Shown: positions 49,312 to 60,269, counted from the first letter of the stretch. The stretch is 64,000 bases of DNA from Deltaproteobacteria bacterium (GCA_018645005.1 JABGPJ010000110.1:9620-73619), one strand, 5' to 3'. Program-made: numbers and translations. The notes: generated by a model from the sequence alone, not told the origin.

Positions 49312-49494
49312 ATGGCTGGAAAAATCAAAGTAACACAAATCAGAAGTGGAATCGGCTTTACAAGGAAACAGCAGGAAACACTCAAGGGACTGGGTCTGCG
49401 TAAAATGCACCAGACCCGTGAGTTGGAAGACACACCAGCTGTTCGCGGGATGGCCAAAAAGATATCCCACCTCGTTAGGCTCGAGGAAGCATAG
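49312..49494 (+). CDS. rpmD: 50S ribosomal protein L30
   Basis: 'TLKGLGLRK', 'DTPAVRGM'. Confidence 0.97.
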   Translation: MAGKIKVTQIRSGIGFTRKQQETLKGLGLRKMHQTRELEDTPAVRGMAKKISHLVRLEEA

Positions 49495-49572
49495 CACTAT
49501 CAACACCACCCGGTCGGTTTGATCTAACCAGAAACCTGCCACACACTGAAAAATCTAACGAAATGACACAAG

Positions 49573-50025
49573 ATGCTGCATAACTTGGAAAACGCGCCTG
49601 GGGCTGAAAATAGAAAAAAACGCAGAGTCGGAAGGGGTCCCGGGTCAACACTCGGAAAAACCTCTGGGCGTGGACATAAAGGGCAAAACTCCCGATCAGG
49701 TAGTAGACGTCGGGTCGGATTCGAGGGTGGACAGATGCCACTGCACCGTAGACTTCCAAAGCGGGGTTTTAAGAATATCTTCCGGAAAATATACAATATT
49801 GTGAATCTGGGAGATATTGTTGAGTGTAAAAAATTGAAACTTGATGGCACGATCAATAGCGATGTATTAGCTGAGGCCGGCCTGATCAGGGACAATAAAC
49901 TGCCGCTTAAGGTACTGGGAGAGGGAGCGGTAGAAGCCGCACTCACTATTGAGGCTCACAAATTCAGCGCATCTGCAGAAAAGAAAGTGACCGACGCGGG
50001 TGGAAAAATATCTATTATCGAATAA
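49573..50025 (+). CDS. rplO: 50S ribosomal protein L15
   Basis: 'GRGHKGQ', 'GFEGGQMPL.RRLPKRGF'. Confidence 0.99.
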   Translation: MLHNLENAPGAENRKKRRVGRGPGSTLGKTSGRGHKGQNSRSGSRRRVGFEGGQMPLHRRLPKRGFKNIFRKIYNIVNLGDIVECKKLKLDGTINSDVLAEAGLIRDNKLPLKVLGEGAVEAALTIEAHKFSASAEKKVTDAGGKISIIE

Positions 50026-50031
50026 GAGCGC

Positions 50032-51345
50032 ATGCTAGAAATATTTAAGAATATTTTTAAAATAGAAGAACTGCGTAATAGAATTGCTTTTACCTTGGCC
50101 ATGTTGGTCGTATTTCGTCTGGGCGCTCATATTCCTGTACCCGGGATTGACAGTGCTGCTCTGGCTGAGTTCTTTAATGCGAACAGTAAGGGCTTATTGG
50201 GAAATATTGACATGTTTTCCGGTGGGGCTTTTCGGAACATGACTATCTTCGCGCTTGGTATTATTCCTTATATCAGCGCCTCCATTATTATGCAGTTGCT
50301 GACGGCGGTTTTCCCATACTTTGAACGATTGTCCAAAGAGGGAGACGCCGGTAGGAAAAAGATCACCCAATACACCCGTTACGGAACCATCCTGTTAAGC
50401 GTAATTCAGGGATTCGGCATTGCCGCAACTCTTGAAAACGCAGGCCTGCAAGGGAACCGGTTGGTATTGGCCGGAATTGATTCCTGGGCCTTTCGTTTAA
50501 GTACCGTCATCACACTGACAGCCGGCACGGCCTTTGTTATGTGGATGGGGGAACAGATGAGTGAGCGTGGCGTGGGGAATGGTGTTTCTCTGATCATATT
50601 CGCCGGGATTGTTGTCGGTTTGCCGACAGCTTCGCTGCAGTCGATCGCGTTATTCCAGACAGGTGAACTGACGATTTTTATTCTACTGACGATAGCGATT
50701 ATCGCACTGGCTGTGATCGGTGCTGTGATCTTTGTGGAAACCGCCAATCGGAAAATACCGATACAATATGCCAGGCGGCAGCAGGGAAACCGGGTTTTTG
50801 GTGGACAGTTTACTCATTTGCCACTGAAAATCAATTCAGCAAACGTCATTCCACCCATATTTGCCTCATCAATATTGATGTTTCCCGCCACGATTACAAG
50901 TTTTACCAGTATTGAATGGTTACAACGCATGGGGAATAGTCTCATGCCAGGGCGGTTCTTTTACAACGTCCTGTTTGTGATGATGATATTTTTCTTCTGC
51001 TTTTTCTATACAGCTATCCAGTACAATCCTGTTAAGATAGCAGATGAAATTAAGCGGGGCGGCGGTTTTATCCCTGGGATCCGTCCAGGTAACAAAACAG
51101 CCGTGTATTTGAACAATGTTTTACAACGATTGACTTTCGGCGGTGCGATCTACCTCTCTGCTGTCTGTGTATTGCCTACTGTGCTCATCACCTACTTCAA
51201 CGTCCCGTTCTACTTTGGTGGAACGGCGCTGTTGATTGTTGTTGGGGTCGCTATTGATACAAATATGCAGATCGAAACCTTCTTGCTGAATCAAAACTAT
51301 GATGGTTTTATCCGCAAAAGTAAAAAGAGAAAAAGACGATTTTAG
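50032..51345 (+). CDS. secY: Preprotein translocase subunit SecY
   Basis: 'FALGIIPYISASII', 'IPGIRPG', 'FGGTALLIVV'. Confidence 0.99.
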   Translation: MLEIFKNIFKIEELRNRIAFTLAMLVVFRLGAHIPVPGIDSAALAEFFNANSKGLLGNIDMFSGGAFRNMTIFALGIIPYISASIIMQLLTAVFPYFERLSKEGDAGRKKITQYTRYGTILLSVIQGFGIAATLENAGLQGNRLVLAGIDSWAFRLSTVITLTAGTAFVMWMGEQMSERGVGNGVSLIIFAGIVVGLPTASLQSIALFQTGELTIFILLTIAIIALAVIGAVIFVETANRKIPIQYARRQQGNRVFGGQFTHLPLKINSANVIPPIFASSILMFPATITSFTSIEWLQRMGNSLMPGRFFYNVLFVMMIFFFCFFYTAIQYNPVKIADEIKRGGGFIPGIRPGNKTAVYLNNVLQRLTFGGAIYLSAVCVLPTVLITYFNVPFYFGGTALLIVVGVAIDTNMQIETFLLNQNYDGFIRKSKKRKRRF

Positions 51346-51364
51346 ACTTGGGTTATGTAATGCC

Positions 51365-51398
51365 ATTTGGATTCAAGCAAAAACGATTGAATCCAAAT
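51365..51398 (+). terminator. 12-bp perfect stem-loop after secY
   Basis: atttggattcaa-N10-ttgaatccaaat; no clear U-tract. Confidence 0.4.
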
Positions 51399-51404
51399 TA
51401 CGGC

Positions 51405-51433
51405 TTGCAAAACACTAATGGGGATGTTAACAT
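51405..51433 (+). promoter_or_regulatory. Candidate promoter of the rpmJ-alpha operon
   Basis: TTGCAA-17 nt-TAACAT with extended TG. Confidence 0.5.
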
Positions 51434-51539
51434 TAGCGTTTAACTTTGATTTTAAGGACCTCAGGCGATTTTGGTGCAAAGTCATCAGAAATGAAAGACG
51501 CTTGGGGTGGTGGAAGCTAACAAAAAAGAGAATGAAGAG

Positions 51540-51653
51540 ATGAAAGTAAGAGCCTCAGTAAAACCTATCTGTCCAAAATGTAAGATAGTAAGACGTAAAA
51601 GGGTCTTGCGCGTAATTTGTGAAAATCCACGGCATAAACAACGACAAGGTTAA
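51540..51653 (+). CDS. rpmJ: 50S ribosomal protein L36 (Zn type; absent from the ORF track)
   Basis: Translated by hand: [37 protein letters not shown]. Confidence 0.98.
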   Translation: MKVRASVKPICPKCKIVRRKRVLRVICENPRHKQRQG

Positions 51654-51664
51654 GGGAGGAAAAT

Positions 51665-52030
51665 TTGGCGCGTATTGCAGGGGTCGATTTACCGGATAAC
51701 AAACGGGCAGAAATCGCATTAACTTATATTTACGGGATCGGTCGCAGCGTTTCTAACAAGATCCTGAAAGATGCTGAAGTTGATAAAAACACCCGTATGA
51801 AAGACCTCAAAGAAGATGAATTGGGGGCTATCCGGAAGATCATACAGTCTTTAATCGTTGAGGGGGATTTAAGACGAACGAGAACAATGGATATTAAACG
51901 ACTCCTGGATCTGGGGTGTTACAGGGGACTTCGACACAGAAGGGGTTTGCCCTGTCGCGGACAGCGTACGAAAACTAATGCGAGAACTCGCAAAGGTCCT
52001 CGAAGATTAGCAGTCGGTAAAAAGAAATAA
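51665..52030 (+). CDS. rpsM: 30S ribosomal protein S13
   Basis: 'ARIAGVDLP', '[14 protein letters not shown]'. Confidence 0.99.
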   Translation: MARIAGVDLPDNKRAEIALTYIYGIGRSVSNKILKDAEVDKNTRMKDLKEDELGAIRKIIQSLIVEGDLRRTRTMDIKRLLDLGCYRGLRHRRGLPCRGQRTKTNARTRKGPRRLAVGKKK

Positions 52031-52049
52031 ACTTCAGTGAGTAAAATAA

Positions 52050-52445
52050 ATGGCCAAAGCAGTTAAGAGAAAGAGCAGTAAGAAAAAAGAGAAGAAGAAT
52101 ATTCCAAACGCGAGAGTGTATATCAGTGCAACATTTAACAATACGATTGTGAGTGTGACTGATTTGGAAGGGAATGTAATTAGTTGGTCGAGCACTGGAC
52201 TACACGGTTTTAAGGGGTCCAGAAAAAGCACCCCCTACGCAGCTAGAATAGTTGGTGAAGATGCAATCACCAAAGCGTTGGAGCATGGTGTAAAACAGGT
52301 GGAGATAGTGATTAAGGGCCCGGGAAGTGGCAGAGAGTCAGCTCTAAGAGCCGTCGCGAGTTCAGGAATCAAGGTCAGCCAGATTAGGGATACGACACCT
52401 GTGCCTCACAATGGATGCAGACCTCCAAAAAGAAGAAGAATTTAG
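52050..52445 (+). CDS. rpsK: 30S ribosomal protein S11
   Basis: '[13 protein letters not shown]', '[12 protein letters not shown]'. Confidence 0.99.
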   Translation: MAKAVKRKSSKKKEKKNIPNARVYISATFNNTIVSVTDLEGNVISWSSTGLHGFKGSRKSTPYAARIVGEDAITKALEHGVKQVEIVIKGPGSGRESALRAVASSGIKVSQIRDTTPVPHNGCRPPKRRRI

Positions 52446-52493
52446 AGTAACATGACCTTGAAAATCTGATTATAAAGTACAGGAGAATCGAGA

Positions 52494-53126
52494 GTGTCTA
52501 GATATAGAGGATCTGTCTGTCGGCTTTGCAGAAGAGAACAACTGAAACTGTTTCTAAAGGGCGATCGGTGTTATACCGATAAGTGTTCTATGGAAACCAA
52601 GCCTTATGTTCCAGGGCCGCACGGCGTCAATCGCAGAAGGGGAAAGCAGTCCGAATACGGGTCTCAACTGCGGGAAAAACAAAAGGTAAAACGGCTTTAC
52701 GGCGTTCAGGAAAAGCAATTTCGTTTGATATTTTCCAAAGCTGCTGGCCAAAAAGGGAAAACGGGTGCAAACCTGTTGATCCTGCTGGAAAGAAGATTGG
52801 ACAATATCGTTTATCGTATGGGTTTTGCACGATCTTTGGCAGAAGCAAGGCAGTTGGTAAAGCATTCGCACATTCGAATTAACGGCAAAAAGAACAACAT
52901 TCCATCAGCGCTGGTCAAAGTAGAGGATGTGGTGTCCGTTCGGGAAAAAAGTCAGAATGTCGCGTTTATCAAGGAATCTCTTGAGTCTTCAGACCGCAAG
53001 GGTTTACCGGGCTGGCTGAGCGTTGACTCAAAAGCATTCAGTGGCAGAGTAGTTGCCTTTCCGAAACGAGATCAGATTACAATTCCTATACAAGAGCAGT
53101 TCATTGTAGAGCTTTATTCGCGGTAA
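52494..53126 (+). CDS. rpsD: 30S ribosomal protein S4
   Basis: 'CRLCRRE', 'QLREKQK', 'LERRLDN', 'IVELYSR'. Confidence 0.99.
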   Translation: MSRYRGSVCRLCRREQLKLFLKGDRCYTDKCSMETKPYVPGPHGVNRRRGKQSEYGSQLREKQKVKRLYGVQEKQFRLIFSKAAGQKGKTGANLLILLERRLDNIVYRMGFARSLAEARQLVKHSHIRINGKKNNIPSALVKVEDVVSVREKSQNVAFIKESLESSDRKGLPGWLSVDSKAFSGRVVAFPKRDQITIPIQEQFIVELYSR

Positions 53127-53131
53127 TCGGT

Positions 53132-54166
53132 TTGGATAAAAATACAAATATATTGCAAAAAAGCTGGGAAGGCCTAGAAATCCCGGACGATCTGCAAGTT
53201 GGACGGGAATCCTTCAGTCAAGAATACGGTAAATTTATTCTGGAACCGCTGCACAAAGGATTCGGAGTAACCATCGGTAACGCGATGCGACGAGTACTTC
53301 TCTCTTCTCTACGTGGGTGTGCAGTATACGGAGTTAAGATAGAAGGTGTTTCCCACGAGTTCGAAACGGTCAAGGGCATCCGCGAGGATGTGCTTCAGAT
53401 CGCGCTGAATTTGAAAGGATTGGAGTTAAGGCAGTTTGAGGAAGGTGATATTGCGTTGGAGTTGGTCGTGGCTGGACCTAAAGTCGTAACAGCTGGTGAT
53501 ATCTCCACTTTCGGAAAAATCGAAGTGATGAATCCTGATCATGTTATTTGTCAATTGGACCAGGAAGCCACACTGGAAATGACATTGTTTGTCCGATTAA
53601 ACAGAGGGTTTATATCTGCCGAAGAAAATAATGACAAGGACCTGCCGGTGGGCACGATCTTTTTGGATTCTAATCACTCTCCGGTGAAACGGGTTCAGTA
53701 TGAGATTAAAAATACCCGCGTTGGGCAGAAAACCGATTTTGAAAAACTGGTCATGCAGTTGTGGACAAACGGTGGTGTTAGACCGGATGATGCAATGGCG
53801 TACGCGTCTAAAATCCTGAAGGAATATTTTAATCCTTTTATAAATTTTGACGAAGATGCCATTCGGCCGATCGATGAAATTGTTGAAGAGGAAGAAAAGG
53901 GTTATGAAAACCCGCATCTATATCGCAGCGTGAACGAGTTGGAACTTTCAGTCAGATCGATCAACTGCCTTCAAAACGCAAAAATCGATACCATTGGTGA
54001 CCTGGTGCAGAAGACAGAGGCGGAGATGCTAAAAACAAAGAATTTCGGCCGCAAATCGCTGCAGGAAATCAAAACCGTATTAGCATCGATGGGTTTGACG
54101 CTGGGTATGAAGTTAGAGAATTTTGATAATATCACTAAAGACAAACAGAGTCAGTTGACCTACTAA
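53132..54166 (+). CDS. rpoA: RNA polymerase subunit alpha
   Basis: '[17 protein letters not shown]', '[11 protein letters not shown]', 'NFGRKSL.EI'. Confidence 0.99.
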   Translation: MDKNTNILQKSWEGLEIPDDLQVGRESFSQEYGKFILEPLHKGFGVTIGNAMRRVLLSSLRGCAVYGVKIEGVSHEFETVKGIREDVLQIALNLKGLELRQFEEGDIALELVVAGPKVVTAGDISTFGKIEVMNPDHVICQLDQEATLEMTLFVRLNRGFISAEENNDKDLPVGTIFLDSNHSPVKRVQYEIKNTRVGQKTDFEKLVMQLWTNGGVRPDDAMAYASKILKEYFNPFINFDEDAIRPIDEIVEEEEKGYENPHLYRSVNELELSVRSINCLQNAKIDTIGDLVQKTEAEMLKTKNFGRKSLQEIKTVLASMGLTLGMKLENFDNITKDKQSQLTY

Positions 54167-54235
54167 ACAACTCTATTATAGGGTCGGCAGGCACGCTGGA
54201 TAATTGAATAAGCGTATTGGATCGGGTTTAAGCGT

Positions 54236-54877
54236 ATGAGACATTTAAGAGCGGGAAAAAGGCTGGGGGTTACTACCAGCCATCGAAAAGCAATGATGAG
54301 AAACTTGGTGACTGCTCTTTTGGAGCATGGTGAGATAAAAACAACGATCACCAGAGCCAAGGAAATGCGAAAGTATTTCGATAAAATGATCGGTCTGGGG
54401 AAGAAGCAGGATCTACATTCCCGTCGGCAGGCGTTGGCTTTCGTCAAATCAAAGGAAGCAATCAAGAAATTATTTGATGAATACGGACCGTTGTACGAAG
54501 ACCGAAACGGTGGCTACACCAGAATTTTCCGATTAGGGCAGCGTCTTGGCGACAATGCGCAAATGGCTTTGATACAAATGGTGGATATAAAGGAGGGCGA
54601 AAAGCCCGTCCAAAAAGATGCGCCAGAGGCTATCGAGGAAATTAAAAGTGAATTAAAAAGCGAAGAAACTGCTGAGGTGACTGCGGTCGAAGTTGAAGCA
54701 GATGTTGCTGAGGTGACTATTGACGAGCCAAAAGCTGAGAAAGCAGAAGAACCGATTGTTGGCGAGCCTGCAGATACGCCTGAAGAGCCAGTTGTTGCGG
54801 AGGCACCAGTAGAAGTAGAACCAGCAGTGGGCGAAGCAACAGAGACCAAAAAAGATTCAGATTCAAAACCTGAATAG
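54236..54877 (+). CDS. rplQ: 50S ribosomal protein L17 with acidic C-terminal extension
   Basis: 'HRKAMMRNL', 'RNGGYTRI'; ~95-aa E/A/P/V-rich tail. Confidence 0.98.
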   Translation: MRHLRAGKRLGVTTSHRKAMMRNLVTALLEHGEIKTTITRAKEMRKYFDKMIGLGKKQDLHSRRQALAFVKSKEAIKKLFDEYGPLYEDRNGGYTRIFRLGQRLGDNAQMALIQMVDIKEGEKPVQKDAPEAIEEIKSELKSEETAEVTAVEVEADVAEVTIDEPKAEKAEEPIVGEPADTPEEPVVAEAPVEVEPAVGEATETKKDSDSKPE

Positions 54878-54909
54878 ACTATCCCATCGTACCATCCCAC
54901 CAACACGTA

Positions 54910-54941
54910 TCACTAACGTTGAAGATATTCAATGTTAGTGA
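54910..54941. terminator. 14-bp stem-loop between convergent genes
   Basis: tcactaacgttgaa-gata-ttcaatgttagtga (one G.U pair); no U-tract. Confidence 0.45.
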
Positions 54942-54963
54942 CGACCTTCAAGCAAGCCTCCAC

Positions 54964-55509
54964 TTATTCAGAAGTGCACAATGACGCATACTGGATGATA
55001 GCTGCAAGCAGCAGTTCAAATTTAAACGTGTTGTCTGTTACGGCAATGGATTTGAGCAGTGCCATAAAATCTTCCCAGCTCTCGATCCTGTCGAACGCTT
55101 CAAAACTCGGGATTGGCAGTTCTTCTTCAAGGCAGACTTGACGGATGGTGTCCGCTTCGAGAAACAAATTCTGGGGATTTTCTTGCAGACGGAGGAGGAT
55201 ATATTTGACGAGTTTTGAGATGCTAAATCTGATTTGGCGATCATTTCCGATCAGACTGTTTTCACTTGGATAACCAGCATTAGAAGAAGTGGACTTTTCT
55301 TCCGGATTGAAATATTGGTTTCTGGAGAGATAGCTCTCTTTTTCATTGGAAAAAAAAAGTTCGTAGTAGCGGTTTCTAACGGTCAGTATTTTAGCCTTGG
55401 TTTTACTATCGTGTGCAAAAACCACCTGGCTGCGTTTCGAGAAAGGGCTTTCATTTTCGATTTTTCGGCGATAATTTGTATCACCGGGCTTAAATTTTAT
55501 TTTTTTCAT
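54964..55509 (-). CDS. Hypothetical protein
   Basis: 181-aa ORF filling the gap between rplQ and the Slt gene; no motif recognised. Confidence 0.55.
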   Translation of the reverse strand: MKKIKFKPGDTNYRRKIENESPFSKRSQVVFAHDSKTKAKILTVRNRYYELFFSNEKESYLSRNQYFNPEEKSTSSNAGYPSENSLIGNDRQIRFSISKLVKYILLRLQENPQNLFLEADTIRQVCLEEELPIPSFEAFDRIESWEDFMALLKSIAVTDNTFKFELLLAAIIQYASLCTSE

Positions 55510-55562
55510 TCCGGTTTCAAAGGAATGTCGTCATACGCACTGGGTTCATTCGGGATCTCAAT

Positions 55563-57671
55563 ATGGTCTTCCAGACTTTGAAGCTACTTTTGAAAGCAAG
55601 TAAGTTACCTGTTATAATAGTTGCATGCCTGCTTTACACCTCAAATATGAGTGCCGCAGAAAAAAACCTTCTGGCTTTGTCACGGGCCAATATCTCCGGC
55701 TATATTGAATCACTCCAATTTGATGAGAATCACCGCTACAATGTGTCGCAGTTGTATCTCCTCAACCGTAAATTGTCAAAGTCTGAAGATACTCAGAAAA
55801 ATGGTGCCATTCTTAACCGCCTGGAAAAAATCGCTGATTGGTCAATTAAGCCGATTGTAACAGTTGAACGAATAAACGTGTACCTCAAAAAGAGGGATAA
55901 GTTACAATTATCAAATTTTTTAGTAGGTCTGGCAAAATCCCCGGAAGTCTCTCTTTACGAGGAAAAAATTTTCAATGTCCTGGTAGAGGCCTATGCTGTC
56001 AACCCAGAGCCGATAGAAATTCGAAGGGTCTTAAAACAGTTGCTCCCCGCTCTGAACTGGTGGCGGCAGGATTCAAGATTTATTATCTGGGCCTTGGGTT
56101 ATCTGAATGTTAACGACGCAGAATATGCCAGTCTGATAAAGCAACTATGGGCAATCACTGATGTTATGACCTTTCCGGCATTGTACAACCCTTATCTGAC
56201 TAAACTAAAAAAAAATCCTGCCAACGCTCATGAGATCGTGGCGGATCATTTTACCAAACAATATCAAATTAAAAACTGGTCTTATATCATCGCCGAGGCC
56301 CCTTATTATTTGTCCCGTTTGCCCCATGTGAGTGCTGGATTTTCGAAAATCAGAGGGATCTACATTAAGACGTTTTTTCGGAAACGACAATACTCACAAC
56401 TTATTCAACAGTTGAACTCTTCAAAACAGATACGGCTGTTGTCTTTTACAGATGAGGAGAAGGCGGCATTGCTGTTCCGGTTGTGGCTAAAAAAAGGATG
56501 GGCAAGCAAAGCTGCAGAATATCTCAATTTACTTGAAAAGACAGCATCGGCTAAAGAATTGGCTGATAAGTATTTTGAAATGGCTGAATTTTACTATCAG
56601 AAAGCACAGTTTAAGAAAAGTCTGGGATATTTTAATCGGGTTAAGTTCGGGACGGCTCGTGAACACCTTGTGCCAGTGGTCCAGTGGCGGAAACTAAGGA
56701 TTTTTGAGGAATTAAAACAACCCCAGGAGATGGCAAAAATCGCTATCTGGGCTGATTCGTATCTGTTTCAGAGTCGGGAGATCGCGGCTAAATTCTGTTA
56801 TTGGGGTGTGAAGTTGAAGCTGTATGGCAAACCCAGAGCTTTAACCTGTTATCAACAATATCCGCATACTTACTACGGATTTCGGTCGCTTCAAATGGGA
56901 GCGACTTATGCAGGTGTCGAAAAAACAGTTTTAACAAATCTTAAAAAAGGAAATAAAGGCCGCCTGAGTCAACTTGAACACTCTTTCCTTGGATTTGTGC
57001 ATGTATTATATTTAACTGATGAAACAGCTCTGGCTGATGCATTGGTGATGCGATATTTGAAGAAACGTATCAGCCCACCATTTTTTGCGCATATGGCAGC
57101 TGTTCTGTATCAGGCTGAACGGTTTTATCTTCAACAGCTATTGATTGATCTGTATTTTAAAGAATACTTATACAACGGGAACAGTGTACAAAGTCAGCTA
57201 TTAATGGCCTACTATCCTGCTGGATATCGAGGGGAGGTGGCTCGCCATGCCGGTCAGTCAAAAATGTCACCTATGCTGGTTTATGCCGTTATTCGAGAGG
57301 AATCGAATTTCAGGGCGGAGGTGGAATCGCCTGCAGGTGCTGTGGGGTTGATGCAGCTGATGCCGTCAACGGCCAAATATATTGCGAAAATCAAGCGGAT
57401 GAAATATGAACCAGACCATTTGATTGATCCGGATATCAATGTCAAGTTGGGTGTGGCTTATCTCAACCGTTTGTTGAAGCGTTATAAAGGTAATTTATTC
57501 TATACCCTGGCTGCATATAATGGAGGGGCAACAAATGTCAAACGCTGGATTCGCATAACCGGAGCCAGGGATTTGGACGTTTTTGTTGAATCCATTACCT
57601 TCATTGAAACCCAGAACTATGTTAAGCGCGTCCTGCGCTCCTATTACATTTATCAGATGCTATATGACTAA
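55563..57671 (+). CDS. Soluble lytic transglycosylase (Slt70-like, TPR + SLT domain)
   Basis: 'AVIREES.F', 'SPAGAVGLMQLMPSTA', 'AAYNGG', 'ETQNYV'. Confidence 0.92.
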   Translation: MVFQTLKLLLKASKLPVIIVACLLYTSNMSAAEKNLLALSRANISGYIESLQFDENHRYNVSQLYLLNRKLSKSEDTQKNGAILNRLEKIADWSIKPIVTVERINVYLKKRDKLQLSNFLVGLAKSPEVSLYEEKIFNVLVEAYAVNPEPIEIRRVLKQLLPALNWWRQDSRFIIWALGYLNVNDAEYASLIKQLWAITDVMTFPALYNPYLTKLKKNPANAHEIVADHFTKQYQIKNWSYIIAEAPYYLSRLPHVSAGFSKIRGIYIKTFFRKRQYSQLIQQLNSSKQIRLLSFTDEEKAALLFRLWLKKGWASKAAEYLNLLEKTASAKELADKYFEMAEFYYQKAQFKKSLGYFNRVKFGTAREHLVPVVQWRKLRIFEELKQPQEMAKIAIWADSYLFQSREIAAKFCYWGVKLKLYGKPRALTCYQQYPHTYYGFRSLQMGATYAGVEKTVLTNLKKGNKGRLSQLEHSFLGFVHVLYLTDETALADALVMRYLKKRISPPFFAHMAAVLYQAERFYLQQLLIDLYFKEYLYNGNSVQSQLLMAYYPAGYRGEVARHAGQSKMSPMLVYAVIREESNFRAEVESPAGAVGLMQLMPSTAKYIAKIKRMKYEPDHLIDPDINVKLGVAYLNRLLKRYKGNLFYTLAAYNGGATNVKRWIRITGARDLDVFVESITFIETQNYVKRVLRSYYIYQMLYD

Positions 57672-58368
57672 AAAATCCATTTTGTTAATCCTGCTTATCG
57701 CAGTTGTCACTCTGGCGGGATGTCAACAACAGCGAGTCAGGATAGCGACTATAAAAGATGAATCATTCGTCAGGACGTTTGCAGCGCTTCAATCTTACCA
57801 GGTCAGTCAGATAGACCTCGACTATTCAGCCAAATGCAGAATACGGATTAAAACCCCTACCCTGGATGAGAATGGGGTCTGTCAAATTGTCATCACCCGT
57901 GACAACCATTTTAGTATTACTGTGTTCTCTCCTGTAGGTGGAACCCTGCTGATGGTGTATCAGGACGAGGTCCAGATTCAGGTGTTGAATTATCATGATA
58001 AAACCTATCTGCAATTGAAAAACAGTGAAAAAAATAGAGACAAGGCTTTCGAGATTGTCAACCTCAATGTGGCTGAATTCCGATCGATTTTCTGGGGGAG
58101 AGAAATAGACGAGGAGGACACCCGGTTGCGCTTCCGTTATAAGGGGGAAAAGCCTGTTCAAATCCGGAAACCGACGCGCCATTCAGATCAGTTGGTAACG
58201 ATTAAAAAATGGCTGTCATATCAGGGAGCATGGTTTCCAAGGACAATCGAATTCGAGGACCGCAGGAGGCAGATATTCTTAAAAGTCGTGATTACATCCT
58301 TTGCCCCCGGCCTGACTGATAAACTGGTGCCGGCGGAGGTCCCGGAAAATTTTCAGATCAAACATTGA
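57664..58368 (+). CDS. LolB/DUF4292-like lipoprotein
   Basis: Start re-called to ATG 57664; lipobox LAG-C; 'ITVFSPVGGTL', 'WFPRTIEF'. Confidence 0.6.
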   Translation: MTKKSILLILLIAVVTLAGCQQQRVRIATIKDESFVRTFAALQSYQVSQIDLDYSAKCRIRIKTPTLDENGVCQIVITRDNHFSITVFSPVGGTLLMVYQDEVQIQVLNYHDKTYLQLKNSEKNRDKAFEIVNLNVAEFRSIFWGREIDEEDTRLRFRYKGEKPVQIRKPTRHSDQLVTIKKWLSYQGAWFPRTIEFEDRRRQIFLKVVITSFAPGLTDKLVPAEVPENFQIKH

Positions 58369-58382
58369 GTCCTGCCCACGGT

Positions 58383-59282
58383 TCAATGATCTCGTTTCAG
58401 GACAAAGTTCGCAAGCTCTCTTAAGCGGACCGTATCCAGCTGAGTTTTCTCCAAGTGGTTCAATGCATTTTCATAACACAGGTTTGCCAACTGTTTTGAT
58501 TTTTCAAGGCCAAATACCTGTGGATATGTCAAAGTCTGATTTTTCTGATCGGTCCCCGGTGACTTCCCGAGCCGTTCCTGGCTTCCGGTGACGTCCAGAA
58601 TATCGTCTTGAATCTGAAAGCATTTACCAATCTCGGTCCCGAATCCAGTAAGTTGTGCAAAGCCCGCTTCATTTATATCAGCCAACAGAGCCCCTATCTG
58701 GATGGCTGCGGTGATCAGAGCCCCGGTTTTATGGGTGTGGATAAAACTCAGGGCATCTTGCGGTGCCAGCGCCTCCTGCCTTTGAATATCTGCCACCTGA
58801 CCGGAAACCATGCCGAACACCCCGGCGTTTTTCGATAGAATATGGATCGACTTCAGGATGGTGGTGGCGGATGTCTGCTCCAGAAGCGTCGGAGAACTCA
58901 TGAGTGCAAAACAGTGCGTTAGCAGCGCATCTCCCGCCAATAGTGCTATATTCTCTCCGTATTTAATATGGTTGGTGAGTTGACCTCTTCTCAGGTCATC
59001 ATCATCCATACAGGGTAAATCATCATGGATCAACGAATAGGTGTGGATATATTCAACGGCACAGGCCAGAGGCAAAGCGAAGTCGGCGTTTTTTCCGGTA
59101 CATTCAATAGTGGTGATTAGTAAAACCGGACGCAGTCTTTTACCTCCCGCTAAAAGAGAATACCGCATTGATTCTTCAAGGATTGCCACCGGCTGCGGAA
59201 TTTCAGGAAAGGTAGCAGCCAGAGAGTTTTCAAACTGAGCCACCTTTTCTTTGTAGTAATCTGTAAAAGAAAGTTTTTCCAT
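58383..59282 (-). CDS. ispA: Farnesyl-diphosphate synthase / polyprenyl synthase
   Basis: 'GGKRLRP', 'SLIHDDLPCMDDDDLRRG', 'FQIQDDILD'. Confidence 0.93.
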   Translation of the reverse strand: MEKLSFTDYYKEKVAQFENSLAATFPEIPQPVAILEESMRYSLLAGGKRLRPVLLITTIECTGKNADFALPLACAVEYIHTYSLIHDDLPCMDDDDLRRGQLTNHIKYGENIALLAGDALLTHCFALMSSPTLLEQTSATTILKSIHILSKNAGVFGMVSGQVADIQRQEALAPQDALSFIHTHKTGALITAAIQIGALLADINEAGFAQLTGFGTEIGKCFQIQDDILDVTGSQERLGKSPGTDQKNQTLTYPQVFGLEKSKQLANLCYENALNHLEKTQLDTVRLRELANFVLKRDH

Positions 59283-59363
59283 AGGTTATCCGTCTGTTCA
59301 CAGCCCTTTGTGATTTCTTAGCTAGCTGCGTTTAAAAATGTATTTTTGTGGTTTCTGGGAGCA

Positions 59364-60269
59364 TCAGGAACCCGATTTTCTGAATATCAGGACCCGATCA
59401 TGTTCGGCATAGTCTTTGATACTTTTAAATAACGTCAGCTCGGTGCTGCGGCTCATCATCTGCTGAATTGACTCACGTTGGTCAAATCCGTGTTCAAAAA
59501 TTAGAAAACCGCCAGGCTTGAGTAACGATTCAGCCGCTTTTTGGAGATAATGGTAAAACGCCAGCCCATCGTCTCCGCCATTCAAGGCGTTTCTGGGCTC
59601 CCAGAGTCGAACCTCTTCCTGGAGCAGGTCGATCTCTTGTGTTGGGATATAGGGTGGATTGCTGACGATACAATCATAAATGGGTTGTCTTTTAATGGAA
59701 TTGAATCGGTCACCCTGAATCAGATAGACACGATTTCGCTGATTTTCAATCTCTGCCTGGTAATAGTTAATATTCATCCTGGCGAATGCCAGTGCCTGTT
59801 CGCTGATATCAGTAGCGATTATAACAAGCTGCTGTTCTTCACTCGAAAGAGCCAGAGGGATGGCTGCGCTGCCAGTTCCAAGCTCAAGTATTTGAAATGT
59901 GGATGTCGATCTGCTATTTGAGCGAATCAGCTTCAACATAGCGTCGACGAGTACCTCGGTCTCTGGTCTGGGTATCAGTACACCGGGCCCCACCGCCAGG
60001 GACAGTGACCAGAATTCACAAGTCTCCATCAGGTAAGAACACGGTTCACGGTTACGTCGTCGAATGACCAGTTGCCGGATCGCCTCCTGCTCTTCGAGTG
60101 TACATGGTTTGTCGTATTGCAGATAAATATCCAGACGGGAAATTTTTAATGCATGGCTCACCAGTCTCTCTGCTTCGAGGCGGAGAGAACCTGGGAATCC
60201 TCGCTTGGTGAAATCAGCGCGCATCCATTGGACTAATTTCGGCGGTGTCCAAATATCATCCTTTTTCAT
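59364..60269 (-). CDS. prmC: Release-factor glutamine methyltransferase
   Basis: 'VLIPRPETE', 'LELGTGS', 'SNPPY', 'EP..AL.GG.DGL'. Confidence 0.95.
   Translation of the reverse strand: MKKDDIWTPPKLVQWMRADFTKRGFPGSLRLEAERLVSHALKISRLDIYLQYDKPCTLEEQEAIRQLVIRRRNREPCSYLMETCEFWSLSLAVGPGVLIPRPETEVLVDAMLKLIRSNSRSTSTFQILELGTGSAAIPLALSSEEQQLVIIATDISEQALAFARMNINYYQAEIENQRNRVYLIQGDRFNSIKRQPIYDCIVSNPPYIPTQEIDLLQEEVRLWEPRNALNGGDDGLAFYHYLQKAAESLLKPGGFLIFEHGFDQRESIQQMMSRSTELTLFKSIKDYAEHDRVLIFRKSGS

Noticed and set aside
37340-54906. Long antisense ORFs across ribosomal protein genes
   Set aside because: Typical shadows of highly expressed genes.
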